64,000 nucleotides of DNA, taken from Azolla caroliniana. Taxonomy: Eukaryota; Plantae; Polypodiophyta. Shown one piece after another: positions 11,850 through 27,838 of the stretch. The position numbers and the translations under genes were made by a program. The notes under the pieces are model-generated. The model worked only from the letters and a program-made list of their open reading frames with translations. It made no database searches and was not told where the DNA came from. The stretch's first letter is position 1. Every line of letters starts with the position of its first letter. The stretch spans positions 62,001 through 126,000 of the forward strand of contig JBHGNT010000053.1 of NCBI GenBank assembly GCA_043228905.1, read 5' to 3'.

Positions 11850-13680
11850 CGACCTCGAGAGCTCACCAATGACACTTTGGAGGCAATTTTAGTAATGACA
11901 AATAGTGTTTCACTCTTTGCGCTCATATACAACACTACTACTAGCCCATCCAATGACAAAGCTTGGTATGCCCGATCGATAACATTTGCTCCAACTCTCC
12001 TTGCGTCAACTCCCAGATGACAAGAAATCAAAGCTCAAGTTTATCATTTGGACACGAAACAGGTGTCTCCAAACTATCATCGTGATCCTCTCCAATAAGA
12101 TCCTTTGAGGAAATCATGGTGTCCTTGATTTGGGGATGGTGACTATGTGAACAGACATTCAAACATATGGCAAACTAACCACTTGTTTCAATATCTTACT
12201 TGGGTGTTATACAAAAGCGCATCGTATGCATGCATGTGTAGGTGGAAACTCGTTGACATTGTGGACTAGGAAATGGGTGGGATGATCCAATATATATCAA
12301 AGAATGCATAGCGCGTGGGGTGTTGGAACAAAGAATATGTGAATCAGTATCTTGGCTTGTGAGATTTCAAACCTCCAACGCCTATGTTAGAAACAAGATG
12401 CTTCAAATTATTGAGCAAGGAACGATATATAACGTAAAATAACAACCAAGCAAGCAAGGATACACAGGTATGAATGAATGTATGATTTATCTTGAGCTTT
12501 TTAAGATATATTGTGTGCCTATAAGAGATTTGTTGAAGTTGGGGAGATATTTACAAGGGACACAATTGCATGCGAAGGAATTTAAGGGGAGATTGTGGAA
12601 CATTCAAAAGCTAAAACATGGTGGCGAATAATGTGTCTTGTTGAAAGGAAAGTAGGGCAAGACAATCAAAGTGTTATCATAAACTCAAAGTCACGAAGAT
12701 ACACATGGCAAACATTTGGTGTTTGGCAATGCCTCTTATTAAATTTTGAAGGTGAAACTCCATCATGGGTTGTCTCTAATTAGTAGAAGATATTCTCTTA
12801 AAAAATCATTTGCATTGGGTAGGAGACATAGGAGTGAGAGGAAGTGAATTGTTGGAGGTGATTGTCAACGAAGTATGCCATGATCCACACAAAATGCCCA
12901 ACCATGGGCATCACATCGAAAAGTTGACTAGTTGAGAGTGAAGCACACCTTTGGTGAGCATTGTGAAAATCTTACCATGTTCATCTATGTGGAAGAGGAT
13001 AGAAGTTGGGACTGGTGGATATGTAGCCAAGAGTCGGTTGAACAATTTATCAATGACGCAACCATCTAATTAAGGTTAACCCTCCAAGGTGGTTATTTAT
13101 CGGGGGGCTTCAAAAGGAAGTTTTGAACCTAATGAGCTTGACCCAACTCTAGGGACACAATTATCAATCAAGTTGTTGGTTGTCAACATACAACATTGGG
13201 TATAAGAGCATATCAATTTGTTGTTCAATGGAACTTCAAGGTAAAAGTGCGAGAGATGTGTGATGAGGGGTAGTTCAAAAAGCTCATGGTAATAAGCAAG
13301 AGGAACAACAAAATGTTTGTTGTTGTCCTCATTCCATTTTGTCCACATATTCCGGGAGTGTGCCATTGAGCTTGAACCAATAATTGGCCATAAAAACAAT
13401 TGGCATTGAAGCTTTGGATGAAAATAATTAGAGCTTGAGTTTCACAATGTGAAGATGAGGATGACAATTGTCGGTGGAGGGGTCCGTCAATGAGAGGAAC
13501 GTCCTTAAGCAAAAAATTTACTAATGTAGGTTCCAAATGATGAAAAACAATGTGTTAGGCGTGATGCTTGCAAGTGGGGTTGTGGTTTGTGTCTTATTTG
13601 CAGAAATGGGTGTCAAGGACGTGTAATCTTGACTCACAACATGTGGGATGTTGAGTGAAATGAATATGAAGCCCTCCATA
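11850..13680 (-). mobile_element. Probable highly decayed Ty3/Gypsy pol remnant
   Basis: Only faint RT- and RNaseH-like residues on the minus strand (e.g. LPNFNKSL near 12520-12545, VMP near 12905-12915). No open frame. Confidence 0.35.
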
Positions 13681-13788
13681 GAAAATACGATCTAGCCTTT
13701 TCTGTTATTAACCGTTCGGTTGTAGCAAGGAGTGCGGGCGACTTTGTGATATAGTAGATAATGTAATAGTCAAAGAAGATATTCTAAG

Positions 13789-13798
<10 letters not shown>

Positions 13799-13846
<48 letters not shown>
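13799..13846 (+). repeat. (GA)n microsatellite (10 bp longer in copy 2)
   Basis: Read directly. Confidence 0.95.
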
Positions 13847-13848
<2 letters not shown>

Positions 13849-14273
13849 CAAGAAGTTTTCATTAAAATGAAAGGAAAGACCTTATGCAGCAAACTAGTTT
13901 CGCTCGCTTAGACCTCATCAGTGCAAAAGGTCATGGAAATACAAATGGTGGTTTATATAGGATGTTGAGAATGGGGAAGGGAGGAGAAAGAGGGAAAGTA
14001 TAATCATAGTGAGTGGGGTGTAATAAGAGTGTAAATAGATGGAAGGCTGTAAGGATTTAAGGTGGAAGATCTTGATGATAGGGGGGGTGGTGATAAAGGG
14101 GGAAATGAGTTGGTGATAGGAAGATTGATAGGGTGATAAGACAGATGAGTGAGTGGGATATGGTGATAAGGGGAAATGAATGAGTGATAGGGTATGTAAT
14201 TATAAGTAAGTAAATATAAGATGGTGAGAAGGTGAAAATTAAGGAAGGGAATAAGAAGGGAAAGGAAGGAAAA

Positions 14274-15103
14274 TCGTGGCGGATCGGGGAGAGCTGGAAG
14301 CACAGGAAGCTGAGGAGTTGTTCGACCGACTAGGGGTAAAACTCTCCCTCACTACGGCTTACAATCCGGAGGCGAACGGGAAAGTGGAACGTGGTCACGG
14401 GTCTATCGTGAAGGCATTAGTACGTGCTTGTGAAGGGCAGGTCGGGAATTGGCCGCGGCTCCTCCCTTACGCACTATGGGCGGACCGAACTACGCACAGT
14501 TCGACTACGGGGTTCATGCCGACAAAACTGATGTACGGGCAGAAGCCTATCATGTCGGTAGAGCGGACGATCTCTTCGTGGGCGGCGGTAGACTGGAAGG
14601 ACGAGATAAGCCGGGAGGAGCTGTTGGCGGCGCCAATTCGACAGCTCGAGCGGAGGCTAGAGGACGTACAGAGGGTGAAGGAGAAGCTGCGTGCGGCGAG
14701 GGAACGAAACAAGTTCCGGTTCAACCAGACGCACCGGCTACGACCCAAGAAGATCGAGGAAGGCGATTGGGTGCTGGTTTACGACAGCAGCCTCGATAAC
14801 CAGCATAAGGCGAAGCGTAAATTTGCAAGGAGGTGGTTCGGGCCTTATACGGTGACGAGCGCGAACGGCAACGACACGTATCACCTCCCAGAACTCGACG
14901 GAACACGCTTAGCGGTGCTGGTGGCCGGGAAGCGGATCAAGGCGTTCAAGAAGCGGAATGAAGATGAGCCGGAGCGAGGAGAGCGACGACGATCGGTTGG
15001 GGCCCGGCGAAGAATCGGACAACGACGGATGACGAGCCGGCTTTCTCCCGTATCTACCTGCCTCTGGAGCAGACCGGTGGATGCGCGGTTTGATGGGGGT
15101 GGA
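14274..15103 (+). mobile_element. Ty3/Gypsy integrase core-to-C-terminus fragment ending at a purine-tract-like sequence (also 43896-44725)
   Basis: ADRGE...LTTAYNPEANGKVER covers the second D and the E of DDE, followed by WPRLLPYALWADRTT...TGFMP and KFARRWFGPY (GPY/F motif). GC-rich. Ends at tttgatgggggtgga. Confidence 0.88.
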
Positions 15104-16331
15104 TTTCGGCACCGCCTTGACTCCCCTTGCTCGTGGAAGTCCCGGAAATGCTATCGGCACGCTCATTGTGCCTTCGTTCCTGCTCTTGCCGGCCGCTTCC
15201 ATTGCGTGCCGACCCACCTCTTCCCCCACGCCCACGGGGTCTATCAGCCTCCATGTACAGCATCCGACTGTCCGATTGAGTGGTCCGAGACTCACTCACG
15301 TGGTTTTCTTCGACCATCATCATCGATTGCAAGTCGAAGAAGGACGGTGGTTTCTCCCAGGTACAGATCGTTGTCCGCATCGGCCTGTACCTTTTCGCTA
15401 GACCACCAAGGCAGATTTGTACCATCTCGTGTTCATCCACTGTCACGTTGATAGACCCGAGTGCGTCACAAATCTCTTTTACTTTGGTGGTATAGTCCGT
15501 GACCGACATGTCTCTCTGTCGGATGTTGTTCAGCTCTTGCCGGAGTTGCAACTTACGGGTTGTGGTACTTGCGGCGAAAACCTTACGCAGATTTTCCCAG
15601 GCTTCCTTCGGCGTCTTTGCATCCCTAATGTAGCCGAGCATCTGGTCATGCACAAAGGACGCGAGGCAGTACAGTACTCGGCTCGCTCCTTGCTCCCATA
15701 CCCGAAAGTCCTTGTGTGCAGGTTCTGGCGCTACTTCATTCGTTCCTTCCACAAAACTCCAATACCCATGCCCCAGTAGGTACTGATGCATTTTGTATGA
15801 CCAGGACGCGTAGTTGGTCCGGTCGAGTTTCTCTGTGGGAATCGAACTTGCCATAACTCTGTCCATGTCTTTTTCTGTCTACTGTTCTTACGACCTGTTA
15901 GGGTTTGCTCTTCGAAAATAAATGTCGATTGCAGAGGTTCTCAACCCTCTCGATCTAATACCATGTAGAAGATCACTTGCGGAAGCGATAGAAAGAACAG
16001 AGAAAATAGAAGATACATAGAGTGAGAGAGTACACGGGAGAGACAGAGAGAGCAGAACGTAAAACTATATTCAAAATTATATCAACACTCTGTACATACA
16101 ACACGCTCATCAACGCTATTTATACAAGTCCTCATGGGACTGACAGAAGTACCGTGTACTTCAATGCTCACACGAGCATCTAACACTCACTCCAAGACAA
16201 TAACTACCTAGTAATACCGTAGATTACTAGGCTTCCGGTTACTGATGGATCCGGTTAACCGGCTCCCATGCTTATCGGCTTTTTGCTCACCGGCATACGA
16301 ATCCGGCTCCGGTTGAGCTTGCCGCTCAACA
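15104..16331 (-). mobile_element. Ty1/Copia 5' half: LTR (16331-15964), tRNA-Met-type PBS (15963-15952), gag ORF from 15866, truncated (also 44726-45953)
   Basis: LTR termini are TGT...ACA. The PBS tggtattagatc resembles TGGTATCAGAGC. Gag reads EKLDRTNYASWSYKMHQYLLGHGYW...AKTPKEAWENLRKVF...QRDMSVTDY. Confidence 0.9.
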
Positions 16332-16786
16332 ATTTCCTCGTAAACAGGATCCAGTTCTTCTGTTTTCATGTTTACTTCTTCTTAAGAAAGACCTGATTCT
16401 TCTGTCTTCCAATGACGTTGATTTGTAAAGACATTTATCCTGATTTAGAAGCTACCTAGATTCAAAGTTCAAACTTTGATTTCTGGAATGTTTGTTTGAA
16501 AGACAACAGGTTATTTTGCCATTTACTCACGTTTTTTGTTTCTGGAACAACGTTTTAGTAAGTTAAATCATCTTGACAAATTGCAAGTATATAAGGGTGA
16601 ATGGAACTCTATTTCCGATTTCCTTTCAAAGTATTTAGTGGTATTGCAAGCTAAATCAATCTTTTTCTCTTTCCCTTTGTTTTATGTTTAGATTTGGGCA
16701 TGCTACTTCCGACCAACTGCTTCATGCAACTAGCTTTCTTGCATTATTGGTTGTGGTGAACAATACCATCAGATATCCATAATGTA

Positions 16787-17632
16787 CATAAGTGGGGTTT
16801 CTTTCAAATTTATGCAATAGTTTGAGCTTATACCGTTTACACACCTACTTTGTCTTATAAATGGCTACAGAAAAGTAATGAATCTTAAAAAATCCTCTAG
16901 GTTTCTTACGAAGCCAAATCAGCATCCTTGGCTAGGCCTAAAGAGTTTTTCCATCTGGCTGTAACTCCTTTATTTCACATCCATGTCATTCATTGCTCTT
17001 TTTAGTAATTTCCCAACTAAGTTAAACTAAATCAAACATACCATACCATACCAAATTAAACCAAATCAAACATACTATAGCATACCAAACCAAATTAAAC
17101 TAAATCAAACATACCATACCATAGCAAATTAAACCAAATCAAACATACTATAGCATACCATACCAAATTAAACTAAATCAAACATACCATACCATACCAT
17201 AGCAAATTAAACCAAATCAAACATACTATAGCATACCATACAACTAAATCAAACATACCATACCATAGCAAATTAAACCAAATCAAACATACTATAGCAT
17301 ACCATACAACTAAATCAAACATACCATACCATACCAACTTAAACCAAATCAAACATACTATAGCATACCAAACCAAATTAAACTAAATCAAACATACCAT
17401 ACCATAAGTGGGGTTTCTTTCAAATTTATGCAATAGTTTGAGCTTATACCGTTTACACACCTACTTTGTCTTATAAATGGCTACAGAAAAGTAATGAATC
17501 TTAAAAAATCCTCTAGGTTTCTTACGAAGCCAAATCAGCATCCTTGGCTAGGCCTAAAGAGTTTTTCCATCTGGCTGTAACTCCTTTATTTCACATCCAT
17601 GTCATTCATTGCTCTTTTTAGTAATTTCCCGA

Positions 17633-17639
<7 letters not shown>
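16787..17639 (+). repeat. 237-bp direct duplication (16787-17023 and 17403-17639) enclosing satellite array B (17024-17402); also 46409-47261
   Basis: Both flanks read cataagtggggtttctttcaaa...tagtaatttccc(a/g)actaagtt with one mismatch seen. The insert is the same pentamer satellite as array A. Confidence 0.95.
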
Positions 17640-22287
<4,648 letters not shown>

Positions 22288-22290
22288 TTT

Positions 22291-22319
22291 GAAGAAGAAG
22301 AAGAAGAAGAAGAAGAAGA
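22291..22319 (+). repeat. (GAA)n microsatellite immediately upstream of the ASL-like ATG (9 bp longer in copy 2)
   Basis: Read directly. It is (TTC)n on the sense strand. Confidence 0.9.
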
Positions 22320-23009
22320 CAGTGTGTGTGTCTGTGTCTCTGTCTATGTTTGCTGTTGAGTGAAGAAGAAGAAGAAGTAGATGGTTTTGTGAAAGTTTTT
22401 GAGTGTTTGGAAATGGATATTTGAAATTTTAAAATGTTCTCTCTAGCAAGTATTGGATCATTGATCTACTTTGGACGCAACTTGCCAAGCAAAGCAACAA
22501 CGTGGACGACAACCTCAGTTATGTGCAAGAGAGAGATTACATTTTCAAATGGATCTCCTGCCCCACGACCATTTATCTTGATACTTCAATATCAATGGAT
22601 GTTGGAAATGTGTGATCAATTTTCGTAAAACAACTTTTGGGCAATCGTCTCCACATTTTAAAGAGATCAAATTGAGTTGCCATTATGTGTTGTCCTTGCC
22701 CCAAACCTCATTATGAGGGGTCAAATCATGAACAAAGTGCATTAGGAACTTGCTTGAATTTCATATTCACAAGGATGTCTAAGGTGGGGCCAAATGGCAT
22801 AGTCATTGATAAGTGTTGGGCATCGTATAATGTTATATTTAATGTGGTTGCAAGAGACCGTCAATGTTTGATTGTTGCAAATGGGCATGGCTCGCAAACA
22901 CATTATCGCCATTTGTTGTGTCAGTTCCACGCAAAAAAAAATCATGGGGTCCCACTTGTTGCCCAAAATAAGTGTTGGCGAGAGAAACCGCCTTTTATCA
23001 ATGGATGTG

Positions 23010-23143
23010 TCTGATGCTAGTGCGGGTTTCACTATCAAGTACACTACCTTGAGACAAATAATGAACTGATCTAATGCTGATCTTGTGCATGTCTTAATCA
23101 AGGATAGTGAAACCCGCACTAGCATCAGAGGGATCGTCATAAT
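23010..23143. mobile_element. Short inverted-repeat element: 27-bp perfect arms (23010-23036 and 23103-23129), 66-bp spacer, 14-bp extension; related to the Penelope-like end motif (also 52670-52803)
   Basis: tctgatgctagtgcgggtttcactatc ... gatagtgaaacccgcactagcatcaga-gggatcgtcataat. Positions 23112-23143 are the exact reverse complement of 25396-25427. Confidence 0.7.
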
Positions 23144-24310
23144 ATAGTACATGCAATGACAAAAAATATTCAAAATGTTTTTGGTCTTTAACTTTGGAGA
23201 TTTTGGTCTCCAAAATCAAACCTTAGAAACTTTTTGTGGTTGGCAATGTGTGGAATTTGAAGTTTTAAGTATTTTCAAAACACGTTTTTAGTTTTTTTGT
23301 GGTTGAAATTTATATTAATTGTTATTTTGGTAGTGGAAATTTTAATGTTTTGATGACAAAGGTTGTCAGAATCGGGCTATGGGAAACTCCCGTACTCTTT
23401 TAGATAAAGATCTAATAGTGCAAATTGCACTTGGCCTCTGAAATGCGCCCTACACCGTTGTGACCGTGATTCCCTCACCAAGCCTTATTATCAGTTGGAT
23501 GCAAATAAACACCAGCCTTCTACATACAAACATACATATACTTTATGAGCCCGCCGAATCCCACGGAAACTAGAGATTGTGAGTTACATACATATGTAGA
23601 AACCTCTAATTGTGTCATGTGGCCAAAAGACCCTTTTGCTCATCCAACAAGTGAACGGTGTTCCCATTAGTCGGTCCTATGAAAGAGTTGCGAGTAATTT
23701 CACAAGTTTTCTCACTCTTTCTCTATATGTGTGCATGTGCATGCATGTGTGGATGCATGTCTGTCTCAGGGTATGTTAGGGTTTTTATGTAGTTTTTATG
23801 CCAAGGGTTTTGTTTATGATGAAACTAGGTGTCGCGTCGTGACATATCTGGATGATCGTGATGGCCACATACACAGAAGCATTAATTAGATGTTTTTGAT
23901 CCTTGCCCCGATGACACAATGACTCACCTTTGTTTGTTTACACAGTACATTGTCATATAACAATTATCCCCATATTTGCAATCCTATTCTAAAAGCGTGA
24001 ACATCATGGTTGGTTTTGACACATTGAATCCTTTCTTCTTCTTCTTTTTAATAACAAGCTCCTCCCCCTTCTTCGCAATGTGTTGTTTAATTAGCAAACG
24101 ATTAGCACACATGTGGTTAGGCCGCCATAAAACTCTGCATGGTTTACAATTGTTTTTATTACGATCTTCGAAGGATTTATTTGAATGTATTCCTTTGTCT
24201 TTACACATATAGATTGTTCACCTTTCATGTTGGCAATGCGCAAACAAAAGAGAGGTATTTGGCTTGACTCAGAGTCACATGGAAGTTCGAGAAACATGTC
24301 TTTCACATAG

Positions 24311-25399
24311 CGAATTCTTGTGGTATTGAATTGAAGGTATTGCCAACCCAATCCAACCAGCCCGTATCCTACCGAATTGAACCATATCATAGTGAATTAA
24401 GCCTAATTAAACCAAACCATACTAAATTAAACCAAATCAATCCAATTCAACCAACCCAATACGAATTCTTGTGGTATTGAATTGAAGGTGTTGCCAACCC
24501 AATCCAACCAACCCAATATCCTACCAAATTGAACCATATCATAGTGAATTAAGCATAATTAAACCATATCATACCAAATCAAACATACTATACCATACCA
24601 TACCAAATTAAACCAAATCAAACATACTATAGCATACCAAACCAAATTAAACTAAATCAAACATACCATACCATACCAAATTAAACCAAATCAAACATAC
24701 TATAGCATACCAAACCAAATTAAACTAAATCAAACATACCATACCATACCAAATTAAACCAAATCAAACATACTATAGCATACCAAACCAAATTAATCTA
24801 AATCAAACATACCATACCATACCAAACCAAATTAAACTAAATCAAACATACCATACCATACCAAATTAAACCAAATCAAACATACTATAGCATACCAAAC
24901 CAAATTAAACTAAATCAAACATACCATACCATACCAAATTAAACTAAATCAAACATACCATACCATACCAAATTAAACTAAATCAAATATACCATACCAT
25001 AGCAAATTAAACCAAATCAAACATACTATAGCATACCATACCAAATTAAACTAAATCAAACATACCATACCATACCATAGCAAATTAAACCAAATCAAAC
25101 ATACTATAGCATACCATACAACTAAATCAAACATACCATAGCATACCATACAACTAAATCAAACATACCATACCATACCAACTTAAACCAAATCAAACAT
25201 ACTATAGCATACCAAACCAAATTAAACTAAATCAAACATACCATACCATACCAAATTAAACCAAATCAAACATACTATAGCATACCAAACCAAATTAAAT
25301 TAAATCAAACATACCATACCATACCAAATTAAACTAAATCAAACATACCATACCATACCAAATTAAACCAAATCAAACATACCATACCATACCAAATTA
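24311..25399 (+). repeat. Satellite array C: ~151-bp tandem duplication (24311 and 24462) grading into ~0.8 kb of pentamer satellite (also 53971-55059)
   Basis: cgaattcttgtggtattgaattgaaggt occurs twice 151 bp apart, followed by CATAC/CAAAT/TAAAC arrays. Confidence 0.93.
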
Positions 25400-26400
25400 T
25401 GACGATCCCTCTGATGCTAGTGCGGGTAAGATAAGGATTTTAGTATTTCTCTTAAGGCTATTGAGGGCTAAGAGAAGGTGGTATGGGGGTTTAACATACT
25501 TAATTTTAGTGTTTAGTAGTTGTTCTTGTAGGATACTATTGTATTTTTCAATAAGGGTTTCTAAGGGAAGGTATTTAGATGGAGGGTTCCAGCTGGGGTT
25601 AGGTAATTTGAAGGGATTCGGTGGGGTAGTATCATTATTTTTAAAGAAGTGTCTAAGGCGTAGTGATCTACTAAGGTTGGTATATTCTTTAAGGATATTT
25701 TGAGGGGAGGGTGGGGGGGGGGGGGGAAGGGGGGGGTGTATTTTAGTCCTAAGTTTAATAATTGTGTTTCGTTTTTACTAAGTGTGTAAGCGGACAAGTT
25801 ATGTAGACTAAGACTAGTACGAGGGGTATAAGCTAAAGGTTTCCAAAATTTAGTCCTAGGTCTATTCCTGCGGGTTTTCTTAGAGGTAGGGTAAAACATG
25901 AATTTTTTATTATTAGTATTCCCCAACCACATAAAAGTGTCAGGGGTTGAGGTTTGTCTATTGAGAAGGTAGAAGATTCGTTTTCTAGGATGTATGGCGT
26001 GTCTAAAGTGTCTATTCACACGTTTAGCACACCGTGTTAGACGTATTTTGGTCGGGCTATGGGAGGGTTTGAGGAGGGGGTATGTGAATGATTTTGAGTA
26101 TTATGGTGTCTATTATGAGGCCTATGATTTATGTGGGGATATGATGTAGTAATATTTTTTGGAGGGGGAGGGGTAGTGTTAACATTATTAAAAGGATAGG
26201 GCGTGGTATTAATTTTTGGAGGGGGGAGGGTATTATGTATTAAGAAAGAAGGGGGAGGGTTAATAGAGGAATTAGAGAAATATGGGGGAGGGATAATAGA
26301 GGAAGTAGGGGGAAGGGTATGAGTAAAATGCGGGGGAGGAGTATACGAAAAATTAGTGTAAATAGGTGGAGGGGAATATGTGCAATTTGAAGAAACGAAA
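25396..26400 (-). mobile_element. Penelope-like retroelement fragment (N-terminal RT region), frameshifted at a poly-C run and truncated (also 55056-56059)
   Basis: LHNLSAYTLSKNETQLLNLGLKYTP, then after a frameshift RSLRLRHFF...PFKLPNPSWNPP...LALNSLKRNTKILILPA. This matches the NLS..L...E..LL.KGL.F.P / R.LRL..FF / L..LK....I.I.PADK pattern that precedes Penelope-like RT domains. Strong C/A strand skew. Confidence 0.72.
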
Positions 26401-27218
26401 GAGATGGAGATCCCATTAGATAATCGACTGTGCTTGCACCCCCTTTTGGGTTCCAACATGTCAAAGCATCTTATCCAGGCCATTGTGACAAGCCATTATA
26501 TATCACAAGTCCATGCGCGCTTCCCAAGGCTAGAAAGTGTTTTCCATATTCAATTATAGCACTCATATCTTGAACTTTTCTCTTTAGACCAACCTCTTCT
26601 GCCATAGCTTCTCCATAGCCAGCCTCGTCGGTGTTAAATATAGTTGTTTGTTCATCCTTGGTTCGTGCATTAAAATCTCCTAATAGTATTATATCCCCCA
26701 TAGTAGCAAATCTTATGATATCATCATATAGTGTTCGATATGGTGATTCACCTAGAGGTGCAAACCTTGAATAGGCAGGTGGAAAGTAGCAAATTGCAAT
26801 ATATAGCTCCCTAAGATCCCCTCTTTTTATGCATATCCACATGTAGCGTGCATCCACATCCTTATGTACAACATGCACTCTACCATGGAGCTCCTCTTTG
26901 TATAGCATAGCCACTCCTCCCGAACCTCTAGTGCTTCCTCATTTCTTCCTTTAGTGCTATTTCAATATCTTCTCTAATAAGGTTGATCTCTTGCGCAATC
27001 AAATGGCGTAAAAGATCATGTTTCCCATTTTCGACATCGAATGGAATGTCGGATGGGGCCTGCATTCTAGGTTCCTTATGCGCCCTTCTGACGCTATTCA
27101 GGTCCCGTCCTTTTCGTCTATGATATCTTCTTGTGGTCTTCAATAGATTTGGACCCTCGTCATGCGTGTTAAGATCCATCTTTTCAGTGTCTGTCCCTTC
27201 GGACTCTATGGTGTCAGA
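26400..27218 (-). mobile_element. LINE fragment: apurinic-like endonuclease domain plus upstream coding remnant (also 56059-56877)
   Basis: SGGVAMLYK...YIAICYFPP...DIILLGDFNART...HGLVIYNG...GASTVDY, which are APE endonuclease motifs. Confidence 0.85.
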
Positions 27219-27438
27219 TGTTGAGGGCAGAAAGAATAGAAATTACTACGGGGCAGAAAGAATACAGGAACAGAGTTGGCAGAAGATACAGGAAATCAAA
27301 TTTGGAAGAGAACGCACAAGATCAGGCATTGCAGAAAACACAGAGGACAGACATTTCAAAAAAGACAGACAGAGTCAGAACCCTAAACGCAAACCCAAAA
27401 CCCTAAACGCAGAGCATAAACCCTACACTCGGGAGAGA

Positions 27439-27487
<49 letters not shown>

Positions 27488-27783
27488 GCCGAAGAGGATG
27501 TTGTCTCTGTTGTAACCGCCACCTGTGGCGAAGACAGTGAACAAGAGGTCGTTGCCTCTGTGTTCATCTATTGTATATTGTAATATAGTGATAGTTTGCA
27601 GTCTGTGGACTGCCGTGGTTTTTCCCGCGTTTGGGTTTTCCACGTAAACATCCTATGTACTCTTCTCTTTACTGTGTCGTGCATACATTACCCATTTTTC
27701 TGTGTTTGATCCTAGACTCGGTTGTGGCCGAGCGTTGTTTTCGGGAGCGTGTAGTCCTTACATTGTTCTAGGTAGAGACATCA
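27219..27783 (+). mobile_element. Probable solo LTR (Copia-type) between the LINE and the dynein fragment (also 56878-57442)
   Basis: TG...CA termini (tgttga...acatca), an internal (GA)n, and gtggtttttccc...gggttttccacgtaaa, a motif common in plant Copia LTRs. The flanks (tcaga / atgtg) do not form a TSD. Boundaries tentative. Confidence 0.55.
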
Positions 27784-27838
27784 ATGTGGGTAGCATAGTT
27801 TTCTTCACAGGTATAAAAATATTTTGCTTCTCATACAG

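Noticed and set aside
14276-15451. 391-aa ORF as a novel integrase fusion protein
   Set aside because: Its C-terminal part is read-through into the antisense of Copia gag. It lacks the integrase N-terminus and a true ATG.
23010-23143. Complete hammerhead ribozyme
   Set aside because: CTGATG is followed by C rather than A and lies on the opposite strand from GAAAC. A full core with stems I-III cannot be built from this sequence.
23372-26064. 13-bp direct match tcgggctatggga at 23372 and 26052
   Set aside because: A match this short is expected by chance in ~30 kb, and it does not extend.
26037-26483. Pro-rich extensin-like ORF
   Set aside because: It arises from the C-rich strand skew of the Penelope-like region and spans the junction with the LINE. 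It has no signal peptide and no SPPPP periodicity.
27209-27220. PBS-like tggtgtcagatg
   Set aside because: It lies upstream rather than downstream of the LTR-like segment and is explained as LINE coding sequence on the minus strand.
27379-27410. Telomere-like aaccctaaa motifs
   Set aside because: Only two or three dispersed copies inside an LTR-like segment, which is common in plant LTRs and not a telomeric array.
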